Assembly: GCA_965250285.1 (NCBI GenBank) | Contig: OZ252299.1 | Coordinates: 608,001-672,000, forward strand | DNA length: 64,000 nucleotides | Direction of reading: 5' to 3' | Source: Myxococcota bacterium | GTDB taxonomy: Bacteria; Myxococcota_A; UBA9160; UBA4427 | Shown here: positions 29,950-40,785 of the stretch, piece after piece | Layout of the letters: each line of letters starts with the position of its first letter | Numbering within the stretch: position 1 is the stretch's first letter | Notes under the pieces: model-generated | What the model saw: the letters and a program-made list of their open reading frames with translations, nothing else | The model's database searches: none | What the model was told of the DNA's origin: nothing | Made by a program: the position numbers and the translations under genes

Positions 29950-30193
29950 GGACAGACGCGATCACTCCCTCACGGCGACGCGGGCGCAGACCTCCAAAGG
30001 GGCCGTCGACGACGGTCGGTCGGACGAAGTCGAGAGCATCGCCCACGCGGCAGGGGGCGCCAATCGCTCGTGGGGCCGCGGCTGCACCCGTGTCCAGATC
30101 CAGCCCGCACATGCAGCGACCCCACGCGCATCGGCGCGCGGCGTGTCGTCGACGCAAGGTCGTCTCGTGAAAGCGCGCCTGGGGCTTCTCGGC

Positions 30194-30778
30194 TCAGAGT
30201 CGAACGCGCTGGGGCGAACGCTTGGCGAAGCTCGATCGCAGGATCGCGCCGAGCAGCATGCCCGAAGCGAAGATCAAGGCACCGGTGATCCACTCGGGGT
30301 ATCGGGCACCGGCCTTGAGCTCCATGTTCTCGAGCGTCAGCGCCTTGATGCGCGCCTCCTGCTCGCCGTCCTGGGTCGACAGCACTTCGTTCGTTGCGCC
30401 GAGCTCGTCGGCCTGCTGCGACACCTTGGCGAGCTTCTGCTCGAGATCGGCCGCGTGCACCTCGAGCTCGGCGAGTCGGATGCCGGGCGGCGGCTTGGCC
30501 AGCAGATAGCCTTCGGGGATCCAGCCTTCGGCGCCGGTCTCGTTGACGCGAACCTGGGTCCAACCTTCGCCGCGCTTCAGCACACGCACGGCGTCGCCGG
30601 TCTTGATCACGCCGACGATGCGGTTCTTGGTCGACGGTCCGGTGCGCACGTTGATCCGGATCTCGTCGCGCACCCAGCCCGTCTCGGCGCGCGCTTCGGG
30701 CGTCGCGGCGACGAAGCCGAAGAGCAGACAAGCCAGGACGCCCACGAGTGCGGCCCGGCGAGGCATTCGATCGAACAT
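30194..30778 (-). CDS. SH3 domain protein (TIGR04211/YgiM-like)
   Basis: Signal peptide; INVRTGPS...GWTQVR...EGWIPEGYL; coiled coil; C-terminal TM. Confidence 0.85.
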   Translation of the reverse strand: MFDRMPRRAALVGVLACLLFGFVAATPEARAETGWVRDEIRINVRTGPSTKNRIVGVIKTGDAVRVLKRGEGWTQVRVNETGAEGWIPEGYLLAKPPPGIRLAELEVHAADLEQKLAKVSQQADELGATNEVLSTQDGEQEARIKALTLENMELKAGARYPEWITGALIFASGMLLGAILRSSFAKRSPQRVRL

Positions 30779-31060
30779 TCCCCCTCCCGAGGTGTGGAGC
30801 CGGCGGCTCCCCGGCGCGCGGGGTGCGCCGCGGCGCCGATGGTACGCAATGCCAGCGGGCGCGACACGCACTGGAGGGGGGCAGGGCGCGTTCTGCGCGG
30901 CACAGCGCGGCCGCCGGACGTCATGCATCGACGATTCGGCGGGTTCTGGCTGTGATCCAGGCCCCAAATTCGGGTCGTCCACCCACGGTTCGGCCCGGAT
31001 CGAATGGGATAACGTCTCGCCGCGCGGCCAGGCGCCCACGCAGCGCCAGGGGGAGGGCCC

Positions 31061-32611
31061 ATGTCAGCGTCAGCGCGCGTCGCGATCGTGCTCGCGATCC
31101 TTCTACTTCTACCCATCGTATTCGGGCCGATCGTCGTCGGTGTGCTGATCGAGCGGGGCCTCGACCGGGTGCGTGCGTCGGGGGCCACGCCCGGCGTCGA
31201 CATCGAGTTCGAGCGCGGTCTCTACACCTCGCGGGCCCGCACGAGCCTGGCAGTCGACCGGACAGACGGCACGGCAGGCGCCATCACGCTCGATCACGTG
31301 ATCGTGCATGGACCCATCCCACTCGCCGCGCCGGCGATCGGGCGCTCGCCCCTCGATCTCGTCGTCGTGCTGGTCGATTCGAAGCTCGCGCCCGACCTCG
31401 AGATGATGCCGGGCGTCGAGCAGGCCCTCGACGGCGAGGCCCTCGCGACCGCCTTCACGCGGGTCGGGCCTCGAGGCGACGTCGAATCGAAGATCGTGTC
31501 GCCGGCTTTCGAGCTGGCCGGCGGCCGCTTCGTCTGGGCGGGGCTCGAAGGCCGGATCGAGCTGGTCGACGACATGACCCGCGTCTCGGGCGACGTGACG
31601 GTCGAGGGCCTGCGCATCGCCGACGATCAGGTGTCGCTCGCCATGCAGCCGGGCACCGCCCGGTTCGACGCCGATCTGAGGGGGCAGCGGCTCGAGGCCC
31701 AGATCGAGCAGCAGGGCACCGAGTGGGTCTTCGGCGATCAGCGCTTCTCGAGCGGCGCCGTGCGCATCGAGGCCGATCAACCGCTCGGAGGCGACCTGCT
31801 CGGCGACGCGACCTCGACCTGGACGATCGAGCGCATTGCGGGCGCGGGCAGCCTCGGCGAAGGCGACTTCGAGATGAGCGGGATCGAGATCGAGCAGGTC
31901 GTCGAGCGCAATTTCGACTCGGGGCTGCACCGGGGTGAGCTCGGGCTCGCCTTCGAGACGTGGCGTGTCGGCGACGATCCGGTCGAGGGGCCGGGCGGGC
32001 TGCGAATGCACGTCGCGCGCATCGATCGCGCCGCCGTCCAGCGTTTTCAGGCGGCGCTGCAGGAGCTCGAGGAGAGCGGTGCGCCCCCCGATCAGATCGA
32101 GGCGATGCGTCCGTTCGTCGTGATGGAGCACCTGCCGGCGCTGCTCGCGAGCTCGCCCGCGCTCGATGTGCGCGACGCCTTCGTCGACGCGCCCGACGGG
32201 CGCGCCGAGGCGACCTTCCATCTGACCGTCGACGGCAGCGAGCCCGAGCTGCTCACCGATCCGTTCATGATGATGAGCCTGATCGAGGCGCACGCGTCGG
32301 TCGAAGGGACCGACCCGTTGCTGCGCCGCCTCGCAGACCGAATGCTGCCCGCGCTCTACGCCGCGCCGCCGGTCGCCCCGCAAGCCGATTCGGGGCTCGT
32401 CGTGTCGAACCCCGATGCCGCCGATCCGGGCGCGGGCGAAGTCCCGCTGGGCGAGGCGATCGACCGCGTCGACGTGTGGCTCGAGGACGGCACGCTCGTC
32501 CAGGAAGGCGAGCGGCTGACCTTCGAGGCGCGCTTCGAGAACGGGATGCCGATGCTGAACGGCCAACCCGCCGACCCCGAGCTGATCACGAACCTGATGC
32601 CCGGGATGTAG
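31061..32611 (+). CDS. DUF945/YdgA-family protein
   Basis: N-terminal TM; FERGLYTSRA, HVIVHGP, FENGMPMLNGQP. Confidence 0.75.
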   Translation: MSASARVAIVLAILLLLPIVFGPIVVGVLIERGLDRVRASGATPGVDIEFERGLYTSRARTSLAVDRTDGTAGAITLDHVIVHGPIPLAAPAIGRSPLDLVVVLVDSKLAPDLEMMPGVEQALDGEALATAFTRVGPRGDVESKIVSPAFELAGGRFVWAGLEGRIELVDDMTRVSGDVTVEGLRIADDQVSLAMQPGTARFDADLRGQRLEAQIEQQGTEWVFGDQRFSSGAVRIEADQPLGGDLLGDATSTWTIERIAGAGSLGEGDFEMSGIEIEQVVERNFDSGLHRGELGLAFETWRVGDDPVEGPGGLRMHVARIDRAAVQRFQAALQELEESGAPPDQIEAMRPFVVMEHLPALLASSPALDVRDAFVDAPDGRAEATFHLTVDGSEPELLTDPFMMMSLIEAHASVEGTDPLLRRLADRMLPALYAAPPVAPQADSGLVVSNPDAADPGAGEVPLGEAIDRVDVWLEDGTLVQEGERLTFEARFENGMPMLNGQPADPELITNLMPGM

Positions 32612-32619
32612 CCGCCGAC

Positions 32620-34878
32620 TTGGATCCCGATCGCCGAAAGAGAACGCGTGCGCGCCTTGGGGTCGCGTGGCTTGGGCCCCTGCTCGTGTGGGCCGGGCTC
32701 GTGACGGCGCTGGCCGCCCAGGCCGAAGAGGCTGCGCCGATCTTCGCCGGCGAAGAGGCGATCCCGGGCGACCCGGTGACGCCGGCGACCGAGAGCGCCC
32801 CTGACGCGTCCGCACCGGCCGGGACCGGAGGATCGACCGACGCCCAGCCGGCGGTCGGCGGCGCCTCGCGCGACTCGGTCGAGGAGCTGGTGGTGCGGGC
32901 GCGCCGCCCCGACGCCGATCTGCTCGAGGTGCCCCGGGCGATCAGCGAGCTCGGCATCGAAGACATCCAGGAGGGGCGGCTGCAGCTGACCCTCGCCGAA
33001 TCGCTCGCGCTCGTGCCTGGGGTCTTCGTTCAGAACCGCTCGAACTTCGCCCAGGACAACCGAATCTCGATCCGCGGGTTCGGCGCCCGGGCCAACTTCG
33101 GCCTGCGCGGCATCCGGCTCTACGTCGATGGCGTGCCTCAGACGCTGCCCGACGGTCAGGGCCAGGTCGACTCGCTGTCGCTGCCCACCGTCGGGCGCAT
33201 CGAGGTGCTGCGCGGCCCCGACTCGACGCTCTTCGGGCCGGCGGCCGGCGGCGTGATCCTCGTCGAGACCGAGCGCCCCGGTCCGGTGCCGACGGTGTCG
33301 GGGCGCGCAGCCTACGGCAGCTATGGCTACCAGAGCTATGACGGCAAGGCGGCTGCCTCGACTGATCGACACGACATCGTGGTCGGCGTCGCGCACCAGC
33401 GCCTCGACGGCTACCGCGACCACGCCGAGATGAAGAGCACCCAGGGCGTGCTGAAGTCGATCTTCGCGCTCACCGAGCAGACCGAACTGATCACGACGGT
33501 GCAGGCCGTGAACGCGCCGGAAGCGAACGATCCGGGGGGGCTGACCGCAGGAGCCGTCGCCCAGGATCCCACGCAGGCTTGGCAACGCAACGTCGAACTC
33601 GACGCGGGTGAATCGGTGAACCAAGCCACCGGTGGCCTGGGCGTGCGCCATACGTGGAACGAAGAACATGAGACCACGTTGCGCGGCTTCTACACCTGGC
33701 GGGCGTTCGACGGCCGATTGCCGGTCGAGAATCGCGGGCAGATCGATCTCGACCGGAACTTCGGCGGCGGGTCGCTGCTGCACGTGTGGCGCGGCGATCT
33801 CCTCTCCTTTCCACATCGACTCGTCGCCGGCGTCGAGGGCTCGGCCCAGCGCGATCATCGCCGCCGCTACGACAATCTCGACGGGGGGGAGCGCGGGCCG
33901 ATTCGCCTCGACCAGGACGAAGACGTCTCACTGATCCGCGCGTTCGCAGCCGACGAGCTGTCGCTGCCGGCCGACCTCACGCTGTCGGTGGGGGTCAGCT
34001 ACGACCACCTCTTCTACGCGGTCGACGACCGCTTGATGCCCGGTGGCAACGACGGCTCGGGCCAGCGCGACTTCGGTCGCGCCAGCCCGATGGCGGCGCT
34101 CGGGTGGTCGCCGACGCGCTGGACAAACCCGTACTTTCGCTTCTCGACCTCGTTCGAGCCGCCCACGACGACCGAGCTGATCGATCAGTCGGGCAGCGGC
34201 TTCAATCCGGGTGTCGAAGCGCAGCGTTCGAACAGCTGGGAGCTGGGCGTGAAGGGGGCCGGCGACGTCAAGGGGCTCGGCCTGCCGATCGCGGTGCGCT
34301 ACGAGCTGACCGGCTACCACATCGAGACGCGCGACGAGCTGATCCCCCAGGATACGAACGGGGTCACCTTCTATACCAACGCCGGGCGCACACGACGCTC
34401 GGGCCTCGAGACGCTGCTCGGCATCGAGCTGGTCGAGGGCCTCGAGTCTCGATTCGCGTATGCCTACGGTGTGTCGAAGTTCGTCGAGTACGTCGAGGGC
34501 GGGAACGACCTCGCCGGCAACCGGATCCCCGGTATCCCCGACCACGTCTTCACCTTCACGCTGCAGTACCAGCACCGTTCGGGGCTCTGGGGCGCCTGGG
34601 AGACGCGGGTCGTGAGCGCGATCCCCGTCGACGACGCGAATACGGCCGAGGCGGCGAAGTACGCCGTGCATGGCCTGCGGATCGGCTGGACCGGCCGGCT
34701 GCCCGGGCCCTTTCGCCAGCTCGCGTTCGCGCCCTACGTCGGCATCGAGAACCTGACCGACGCACGTTTCATCGACAACGTGCGCATCAATGCGTTCGGT
34801 GGCCGCTACTTCGAGCCGGCGCCGGCGCTCGCGGCGCAGTTCGGCGGTCGCCTCACCTATTTCTTCGGCGAAGAGTAG
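32620..34878 (+). CDS. TonB-dependent receptor (YncD/PqqU-like)
   Basis: TonB box EELVVRA; plug NRSNFAQDNRISIRGFGAR; DGVPQTLPDGQGQ; GRYFEPAP; start (TTG 32620) approximate. Confidence 0.88.
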   Translation: MDPDRRKRTRARLGVAWLGPLLVWAGLVTALAAQAEEAAPIFAGEEAIPGDPVTPATESAPDASAPAGTGGSTDAQPAVGGASRDSVEELVVRARRPDADLLEVPRAISELGIEDIQEGRLQLTLAESLALVPGVFVQNRSNFAQDNRISIRGFGARANFGLRGIRLYVDGVPQTLPDGQGQVDSLSLPTVGRIEVLRGPDSTLFGPAAGGVILVETERPGPVPTVSGRAAYGSYGYQSYDGKAAASTDRHDIVVGVAHQRLDGYRDHAEMKSTQGVLKSIFALTEQTELITTVQAVNAPEANDPGGLTAGAVAQDPTQAWQRNVELDAGESVNQATGGLGVRHTWNEEHETTLRGFYTWRAFDGRLPVENRGQIDLDRNFGGGSLLHVWRGDLLSFPHRLVAGVEGSAQRDHRRRYDNLDGGERGPIRLDQDEDVSLIRAFAADELSLPADLTLSVGVSYDHLFYAVDDRLMPGGNDGSGQRDFGRASPMAALGWSPTRWTNPYFRFSTSFEPPTTTELIDQSGSGFNPGVEAQRSNSWELGVKGAGDVKGLGLPIAVRYELTGYHIETRDELIPQDTNGVTFYTNAGRTRRSGLETLLGIELVEGLESRFAYAYGVSKFVEYVEGGNDLAGNRIPGIPDHVFTFTLQYQHRSGLWGAWETRVVSAIPVDDANTAEAAKYAVHGLRIGWTGRLPGPFRQLAFAPYVGIENLTDARFIDNVRINAFGGRYFEPAPALAAQFGGRLTYFFGEE

Positions 34879-34950
34879 GCGGGCCGCGACGCGGCTCGGC
34901 GCTTCGGCGCGCTAGCATCGAGCGGAGCCCGAAGTAAGCCAGGAGGTGAC

Positions 34951-35184
34951 ATGGCCACCGACCCGCTCGTCGTGATCGAAACGTATTCAGACGAATCCTT
35001 TGCCGAGGCCGCGGTCTCGCTGCTTGCCGCCGAGGGGATCGAAGCGCAGATCGCGAGCGACGACGCCGGTCATGCGCTGCCCAACCTCGACTTCGCGAAG
35101 GGCGTGCGTGTCCTCGTCGCGCCGAGCGACGCCGACCGGGCGAAGGCCTTGATCGAGACGGCGGGGGACGCCCCCGAAGCCTGA
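34951..35184 (+). CDS. DUF2007 putative signal-transducing protein
   Basis: aggagg RBS; AEAAVSLLAAEGI...GVRVLV..DADRAKALI. Confidence 0.75.
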   Translation: MATDPLVVIETYSDESFAEAAVSLLAAEGIEAQIASDDAGHALPNLDFAKGVRVLVAPSDADRAKALIETAGDAPEA

Positions 35185-35251
35185 GCGTCGGCGCCAGCCA
35201 TGTGGCCTGCGCGCGGGCGCGAGCGGCCAGCCATCCCAGCGGAGGCCTCCC

Positions 35252-37483
35252 ATGAGCGAGAACGTCCACCTGCGTCAGTGCACCCTGTGTGAAGGCATGT
35301 GCGGTCTGCGCGTGACCGTCGATGGTGACCAGATCACGAAGATCCGCCCCGACCCCGACGATGTCTGGAGCAAGGGCTACGCGTGCCCGAAGGGGGCGAG
35401 CCTCGCGGCCTTCCATCACGACCCCGACCGGCTGCGTACGCCGTTGATCAAGCGCGACGGCGTCTTCGTCGAGGCGACGTTCGAAGAGGCCTACGCCGAG
35501 TGCGAGCGGCTGCTGCACGGCGTGATCGAGCGTCACGGCAAGTCGGCGCTGACCGCCTTCGTCGGCAATCCGAGCGGACACAACTTCTCGCTGAGCCGCT
35601 ACATCGGCGCCTTCATGGCGTTCTCGGCCCTCGACCCGATCTACTCGAGCGGCACGGTCGACCAGTGGCCGAAGAACCTGTCGAGCGCGCTCATGTACGG
35701 CGGCATGTGGAAGATCCCGACCGCCGACATCGATCGCACCGACTTCCTCGTGATCCAGGGGGCCAACCCGCACGCGAGCCAGGGCAGCCTGATGTGCGCA
35801 CCGGACTTCCTCGGCCGGATGGACGCGCTGCACGCCCGCGGTGGCCACAGCATCGTGATCGATCCGCGCCGCACCGGCACCGCCGATCGCGCGAGCGAGT
35901 GGCTGCCGATCCAGCCGGGCACCGACGCGCTGCTGCTGCTCGCGGTGCTGCACGTGCTCTTCGACGAAGGGCTCACACAGACCGAAGCCCTCGAGCCGCA
36001 TCTCTCGGGCCTCGAGCAGGTGGCCGAGCTGGTGCGCGAGTGGACGCCCGAGCGTGTCGAAGCCGACTGCCGCATTGAGGCCGCCGAGATCCGGCGGCTC
36101 GCGCGGGCCTTCGCCGGCGCCGAGAAGGCGGCGTGGTACGCCCGCATCGGCACCTGCACGCAGGAGTTCGGCACCCTCGCTTCGTGGCTCGTCGACGTCG
36201 TGAACATCGTCGCCGGCCACTTCGATCGCCCGGGCGGCATGATGTTCGCGAATCCCGTCGCCTGGGGCAGCACGACGCTCCCCGACCCGCAGTGGGCCGA
36301 TGGCTTTGCCTTCGGTCGCTCTCACAGTCGGGTGCGCGGCGTCCCCGAGGTGCTGGGGCAGTACCCGGCCTCGTGCCTGGCCGAAGAGATCGCGACGCCG
36401 GGCGATGGCCAGCTGCGCGGCCTGATCACGATCGCCGGCAACCCCGCGATCTCGGTGCCCGACGCCGCCGCACTCGACGCGGCGCTACCCGGCCTCGAGG
36501 CGATGATCTCGGTCGACTGCTACGTGAACGAGACGACGCGGCACGCCGACGTGATCCTGCCCGGGCCGTCGCCCTTCGAAGAGCCGCATTACGACGACCT
36601 CATGTGGGGTTGGGCGGTGCGCAACGCGGCGCGGTACTCGGCGCCGATCTTCGAGATGGCCGACGACATGCGGCCCGAGTGGCAGACGCTGATCATGCTC
36701 GGCCTGCTCTGCGCCGGACAGAAGGCGGCCGACATCGACGTGCACGCGGTCGATCAGCTCTACTTCGCCGGGATCACCGGGGTGGTGTGCGGCCTCGAGG
36801 GCGGGCCCCTCGAAGGCCGCGACCCGGGCGAGATCGTCGCTGCGACTTCGGGCGTCGGGCCCGAGCGGCTGCTCGAGCTGCAGATCCGAAGTGGTCCCTA
36901 TGGCGACGCCTACGGCGCGAAGCCCGAGGGTCTCACCCTCGAGCAGGTGAAGGCGGCCGAGCACGGCCTCGACATCGGTGCCCTCGAGCCGCGCGTGCCC
37001 GAGGTGCTCGAGACGCCGAGCGGGCGTATCGAGCTGGCGCCCGAGTTCATCGTGGCGGATCTCGAACGGCTGGCGGCTCGCGAGGGGCGCGACGACGGGC
37101 TCGTGCTCGTGAGCCGACGCCACGTGCGTTCGAAGAACTCGTGGATGCACAATCTCGGCCCGCTGATGACGGGCAAGGATCGCTGCACGCTGCTGGTCCA
37201 CCCTGACGATGCATCGCGGCTCGGCATCGAGGCGGGCGCTCACGCGCGCGTGAGCTCGCTTGCCGGTGCCATCGAGGCGCCGGTCGAAGTGAGCGATGAG
37301 ATGATGCCCGGCGTCGTGTGCCTGCCGCACGGCTGGGGGCACGATAAGCCCGATACGCGAATGGCGGTGGCGTCGGAGCACGCGGGCGTCTGCAACAACG
37401 TGATTGCGCCCGGTGAGTTCGTCGACTCGCTCTCGAACAACGCCGCCGTGAACGGCATCCCGGTGCGGGTCGAGCCGGTCTGA
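35252..37483 (+). CDS. Molybdopterin (bis-MGD) oxidoreductase with [4Fe-4S], cytoplasmic
   Basis: CTLCEGMCG...CPKG; DPDRLRTPL; IQPGTD; NETTRHADVILP; HPDDA; no Tat signal. Confidence 0.92.
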   Translation: MSENVHLRQCTLCEGMCGLRVTVDGDQITKIRPDPDDVWSKGYACPKGASLAAFHHDPDRLRTPLIKRDGVFVEATFEEAYAECERLLHGVIERHGKSALTAFVGNPSGHNFSLSRYIGAFMAFSALDPIYSSGTVDQWPKNLSSALMYGGMWKIPTADIDRTDFLVIQGANPHASQGSLMCAPDFLGRMDALHARGGHSIVIDPRRTGTADRASEWLPIQPGTDALLLLAVLHVLFDEGLTQTEALEPHLSGLEQVAELVREWTPERVEADCRIEAAEIRRLARAFAGAEKAAWYARIGTCTQEFGTLASWLVDVVNIVAGHFDRPGGMMFANPVAWGSTTLPDPQWADGFAFGRSHSRVRGVPEVLGQYPASCLAEEIATPGDGQLRGLITIAGNPAISVPDAAALDAALPGLEAMISVDCYVNETTRHADVILPGPSPFEEPHYDDLMWGWAVRNAARYSAPIFEMADDMRPEWQTLIMLGLLCAGQKAADIDVHAVDQLYFAGITGVVCGLEGGPLEGRDPGEIVAATSGVGPERLLELQIRSGPYGDAYGAKPEGLTLEQVKAAEHGLDIGALEPRVPEVLETPSGRIELAPEFIVADLERLAAREGRDDGLVLVSRRHVRSKNSWMHNLGPLMTGKDRCTLLVHPDDASRLGIEAGAHARVSSLAGAIEAPVEVSDEMMPGVVCLPHGWGHDKPDTRMAVASEHAGVCNNVIAPGEFVDSLSNNAAVNGIPVRVEPV

Positions 37484-37569
37484 TCCGACGGCGCCGCGGG
37501 CGCTTGGCGAAGCAGGCGGAGGCGCCGGTCGCGCGTCGGGGCAGGGGGCGGGGCAGGGAAGGGGCCCGA

Positions 37570-37645
37570 TGGCTCCCCGGGTAGGACTTGAACCTACGAC
37601 AAGGCGGTTAACAGCCGCCTGCTCTGCCAGCTGAGCTACCGGGGA
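37570..37645 (-). tRNA. tRNA-Asn (GTT)
   Basis: tccccggtagctcagctggcagagcaggcggctGTTaaccgcc...ggttcaagtcctacccggggagCCA, 76 nt. Confidence 0.97.
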
Positions 37646-37837
37646 ACAGGGCCTTCGGGCGGCGGAATTCTAGAGGCTGAACCCCGAAACGCAAGCGCGG
37701 ACGGCGAGTTGTCCAGGTCCTGGGCGAGGCCGTTCGGCTGCGCTCGAAGGCCCGGCCGAAGCCGCGCGGAATCGCGCACAGGCGCGCTGCCCAGCTTCGG
37801 TCGCCCGAGAGGGACGGCGCCGGCAGAGGCGCCTCGG

Positions 37838-38314
37838 TCAGCCGTACTGGACCCCGATGATCTCGAACTCGCGTTCGCCCTTCGGCACGCGCACGACCAC
37901 CTCGTCACCGGGCTCCTTGTGCATCACCGCTCGGGCGACGGGTGACGTGACCGAGATCTTGCCGGCCTTCGCGTCGGCCTCGTACTCGCCGACGATCTGA
38001 TACGCGACCTCGTCGCCCGACTCGACGTCTTCGAGCTTCACCGTGGCGCCGAATCGCACCTTGTCGCCGGGCTGATCGCTGTTGTCGATGACCTGGGCCA
38101 GCGCCACGCTGTTCTCGAGCTGCGCGATCTTGCCCGCGATGAGGCCCTGCTTCTCTTTGGCCGCGTGATACTCGGCGTTCTCTGAGAGGTCGCCGTGGGC
38201 GAGCGCAGCCTCGATCTCCTTGATGTTCTCGAGTCGGTCGACCGACTTCAGCTGCTGGAGCTCGGCCTTGAGCGCCTCGAAGCCGTCGGGTGTGATCGGG
38301 ATGCGATCGGCCAT
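37838..38314 (-). CDS. greA: Transcription elongation factor GreA
   Basis: HGDLSENAEYHAAKE, FGATV, ISVTSPVARA. Confidence 0.97.
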   Translation of the reverse strand: MADRIPITPDGFEALKAELQQLKSVDRLENIKEIEAALAHGDLSENAEYHAAKEKQGLIAGKIAQLENSVALAQVIDNSDQPGDKVRFGATVKLEDVESGDEVAYQIVGEYEADAKAGKISVTSPVARAVMHKEPGDEVVVRVPKGEREFEIIGVQYG

Positions 38315-38663
38315 CTTGCAGTCGGGTCCTTGCGCTGGGCGCCGCCTCGGGGCGCCGGTGGTCTATTCTGCGGCCCATCTCCGAACGAGCCGAGCGCCGT
38401 GCTCGGGCGACGGTGGGAGCGTGTGGCCGTCGGGAGAGCGCCCCTCGTCGGGATCGGCCGGCGTCGTGTCTCGAGCCGGCACTGCGAGGCGCCGCAGCGA
38501 CTCGCATCGACCCCGTCGGATGTCGTCCGTTCGGTGGGGGCGTACGGGAATCAGGAAAGTTAGGCCCCCGGCGGGGACGGGTCAACGCCGCCGGGCCCGG
38601 CCGTTCGCTCGGGGGCGAACGGACCGCCTCCCTGACCGGGTGGGCAGCGCAAAAGGAGCGGAA

Positions 38664-39416
38664 TTGACCGAGGACCGATTTTCGCCGCAGCCGAGCGGCC
38701 TCGGCGAGCAGCCCACGGAATCGGCCAGGGGGACGCCGCCGACGATCTCGGCGCCACAGCGCCGCGCGGAGGCACCGGGGCCGGCCGAGCGGGGGAGCCG
38801 CCTGGTTCGGCTCGCCGTGCCCTTCTATCTCATCATGGCCGGTGTGGCATGGCTCTGGCGCGCCCTGGTACGGGGGGAGCCGATCTTCTCGGCACCGGGC
38901 GTCGAGCCGGCGGCGATCTGGCCGCTCGACGAGGCCATCGGCGCCGGCGCCGCGCTGGGGCTGGCGGTCGTCGCGGCGTCGGCGGTCTGGACCCGCTGGC
39001 TGCCTTCGGGCGAAGCCGTCTCGCGTTACCTCGGCCAGGCGATCGGGCGCATCGGTCTCGGCGCCACGACGCTGCTGGCCGTCGTGAGCGGCCTCGGTGA
39101 AGAGATGCTCTTTCGCGGCGCGCTTCAGCCCGAGATCGGCCTCGTGCTCGCGTCGATCGGCTTCGGCCTCGCCCATCTGGTTCCGCGCTGGCCGATCGTG
39201 CTGTGGAGCCTGTACGCGATCGTGATCGGGTTCGTGTTCGGCTGGGCGTTCGAGGCGAGCGGCAGCCTGTGGGTGCCCGTCGTCGCACACGCCGTCGTGA
39301 ACGGCATCAACCTGCCGATCCTGTCGCGTCGCTACGGGGGTGTGGATGCGCCGGGGTCAGGCCTCGTCGACGATGCGCGCGACGGCGTCCATCTCGACGA
39401 GCGCACCCAGCGGTAG
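38664..39416 (+). CDS. CPBP (CAAX/Abi) family intramembrane glutamic metalloprotease
   Basis: EEMLFRG, FGLAH, AHAVVN; TTG start after aaggag. Confidence 0.85.
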   Translation: MTEDRFSPQPSGLGEQPTESARGTPPTISAPQRRAEAPGPAERGSRLVRLAVPFYLIMAGVAWLWRALVRGEPIFSAPGVEPAAIWPLDEAIGAGAALGLAVVAASAVWTRWLPSGEAVSRYLGQAIGRIGLGATTLLAVVSGLGEEMLFRGALQPEIGLVLASIGFGLAHLVPRWPIVLWSLYAIVIGFVFGWAFEASGSLWVPVVAHAVVNGINLPILSRRYGGVDAPGSGLVDDARDGVHLDERTQR

Positions 39417-39764
39417 CGCCGCGACCTGCACGGTCGCTCGGGCCGGCGCGGGATCGCCCGAGAACGCCTCGGCGTAGAGGGCGTTGACCTTCGGAAAGTC
39501 GGCGATGTCGGCGAGGTAGATCGTGACCTTGAGCGTGTGCTCGAAGCCGCTGCCGCCGGCGCGCAGCACGGCGCCGAGATTCGAGAGCACCTGACGTGTC
39601 TGCGCCTCGACGTCGCCTTCGACCATTGCACCGGTGTCGGGCACCAGCGGGATCTGGCCCGAGGCGTAGAGGACGTCGCCATGAGCCACGGCCTGCGAGT
39701 ACGGGCCGACCGGCGCCGGCGCGGCGTCGGTGCGGATCTCTCGGATCGAATCGGGCGTCGACAT
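39357..39764 (-). CDS. RidA/YjgF family reactive-intermediate deaminase
   Basis: APAPVGPYSQA, SGQIP, PARATVQVAALP, VEMDA. Confidence 0.93.
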   Translation of the reverse strand: MSTPDSIREIRTDAAPAPVGPYSQAVAHGDVLYASGQIPLVPDTGAMVEGDVEAQTRQVLSNLGAVLRAGGSGFEHTLKVTIYLADIADFPKVNALYAEAFSGDPAPARATVQVAALPLGALVEMDAVARIVDEA

Positions 39765-39844
39765 CGCTGCATCCTCTCATGACGTGCCGAGAGGATGCGG
39801 TCGCCCCCGCCTGCGAGCACGCGGCGAAGCCGGCGGGTGTGCGC

Positions 39845-40189
39845 TCAGATCTCGCGGCGCTGGGGGTCGAGGCGCTCCTCGACGACGCGCAGGAGATAGC
39901 CCATCAGCATCAGGTTCGGCAGCCGTTCACGCGTGGCGTCTTCGATCTCGGCCGTCTTGCCGAAGTGATTCGCGTACTCACTGATGAAGCCGAGCGCGTC
40001 GACCGGCACGTTGTGAGCGAGCATCTCGTTGATCTGTTCGGAGTCGAGCTCGTGAAAGACCTCGGCCAACTGCCACGCCATTTCCTCGAAGGACATGTGC
40101 TCTCCGCTCGGGGCCCGAAGCACCCGAGCCGTCGGAGCACGGGCGATGGACCAGAGGGAGGCCGGCTCGTCCGCGCTGAGGGGACGCAT
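39845..40189 (-). CDS. Hypothetical helical protein (~114 aa; alternative start 40096)
   Basis: Protein-like composition (MSFEEMAWQL...LPNLMLMGYLLRVVEERL) and GC3-rich codons. Confidence 0.65.
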   Translation of the reverse strand: MRPLSADEPASLWSIARAPTARVLRAPSGEHMSFEEMAWQLAEVFHELDSEQINEMLAHNVPVDALGFISEYANHFGKTAEIEDATRERLPNLMLMGYLLRVVEERLDPQRREI

Positions 40190-40285
40190 GCGTCGCTCGA
40201 GCCATCTTGATTCGAAGGCCCGGTGATGCCGCGCACGAACGATGCTGGCATTCGGCTGATTCACTGTCAACGGAGCGTTCGACCG

Positions 40286-40307
40286 GTTGACACCGATTGG
40301 TGTCAAC
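40286..40307. promoter_or_regulatory. Palindromic operator candidate
   Basis: GTTGACACC-gatt-GGTGTCAAC; extra TGTCAAC half-site at 40265. Confidence 0.55.
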
Positions 40308-40708
40308 TCGATCTGCGCGAACTTGCACGCGAGTTGCGCTTTGCACCGAACCTTCGTGCGGCGGCTGCGACTGCACGCCTCGCTCATGCAGCGCGTGAAT
40401 GTGATGCGGAATCAGCGACGCGGGCGGCAGAGTTGCCTGTTCGAACGATGGCTCGAACCGCGACGCGTGGAAGCGGGCCGAGGCACCAAACGCGGGATGC
40501 GCGAAGCGTCCGTGATGGCTCGAAGCGCTACGAAAAAAGTTTCGCTGTCGGCCGCACGCCCGCGGGCGAGCCGAAGGGCGCGGCGACGACCGCGGCGACT
40601 CGGGGTCAGTGCATAGGCCGCGCGCGCGCCGAATCGGGTCTCGGATTCGAGCGCGAAGCGTGCGGCTGGCGAGTCGATGGGAGTAGAGAGAAGAGTGGGG
40701 AGAGGCAA

Positions 40709-40785
<77 letters not shown>

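Noticed and set aside
39357..39416. 60-bp convergent overlap of CPBP and RidA genes
   Set aside because: Probably a neutral C-terminal run-on, common in GC-rich genomes.
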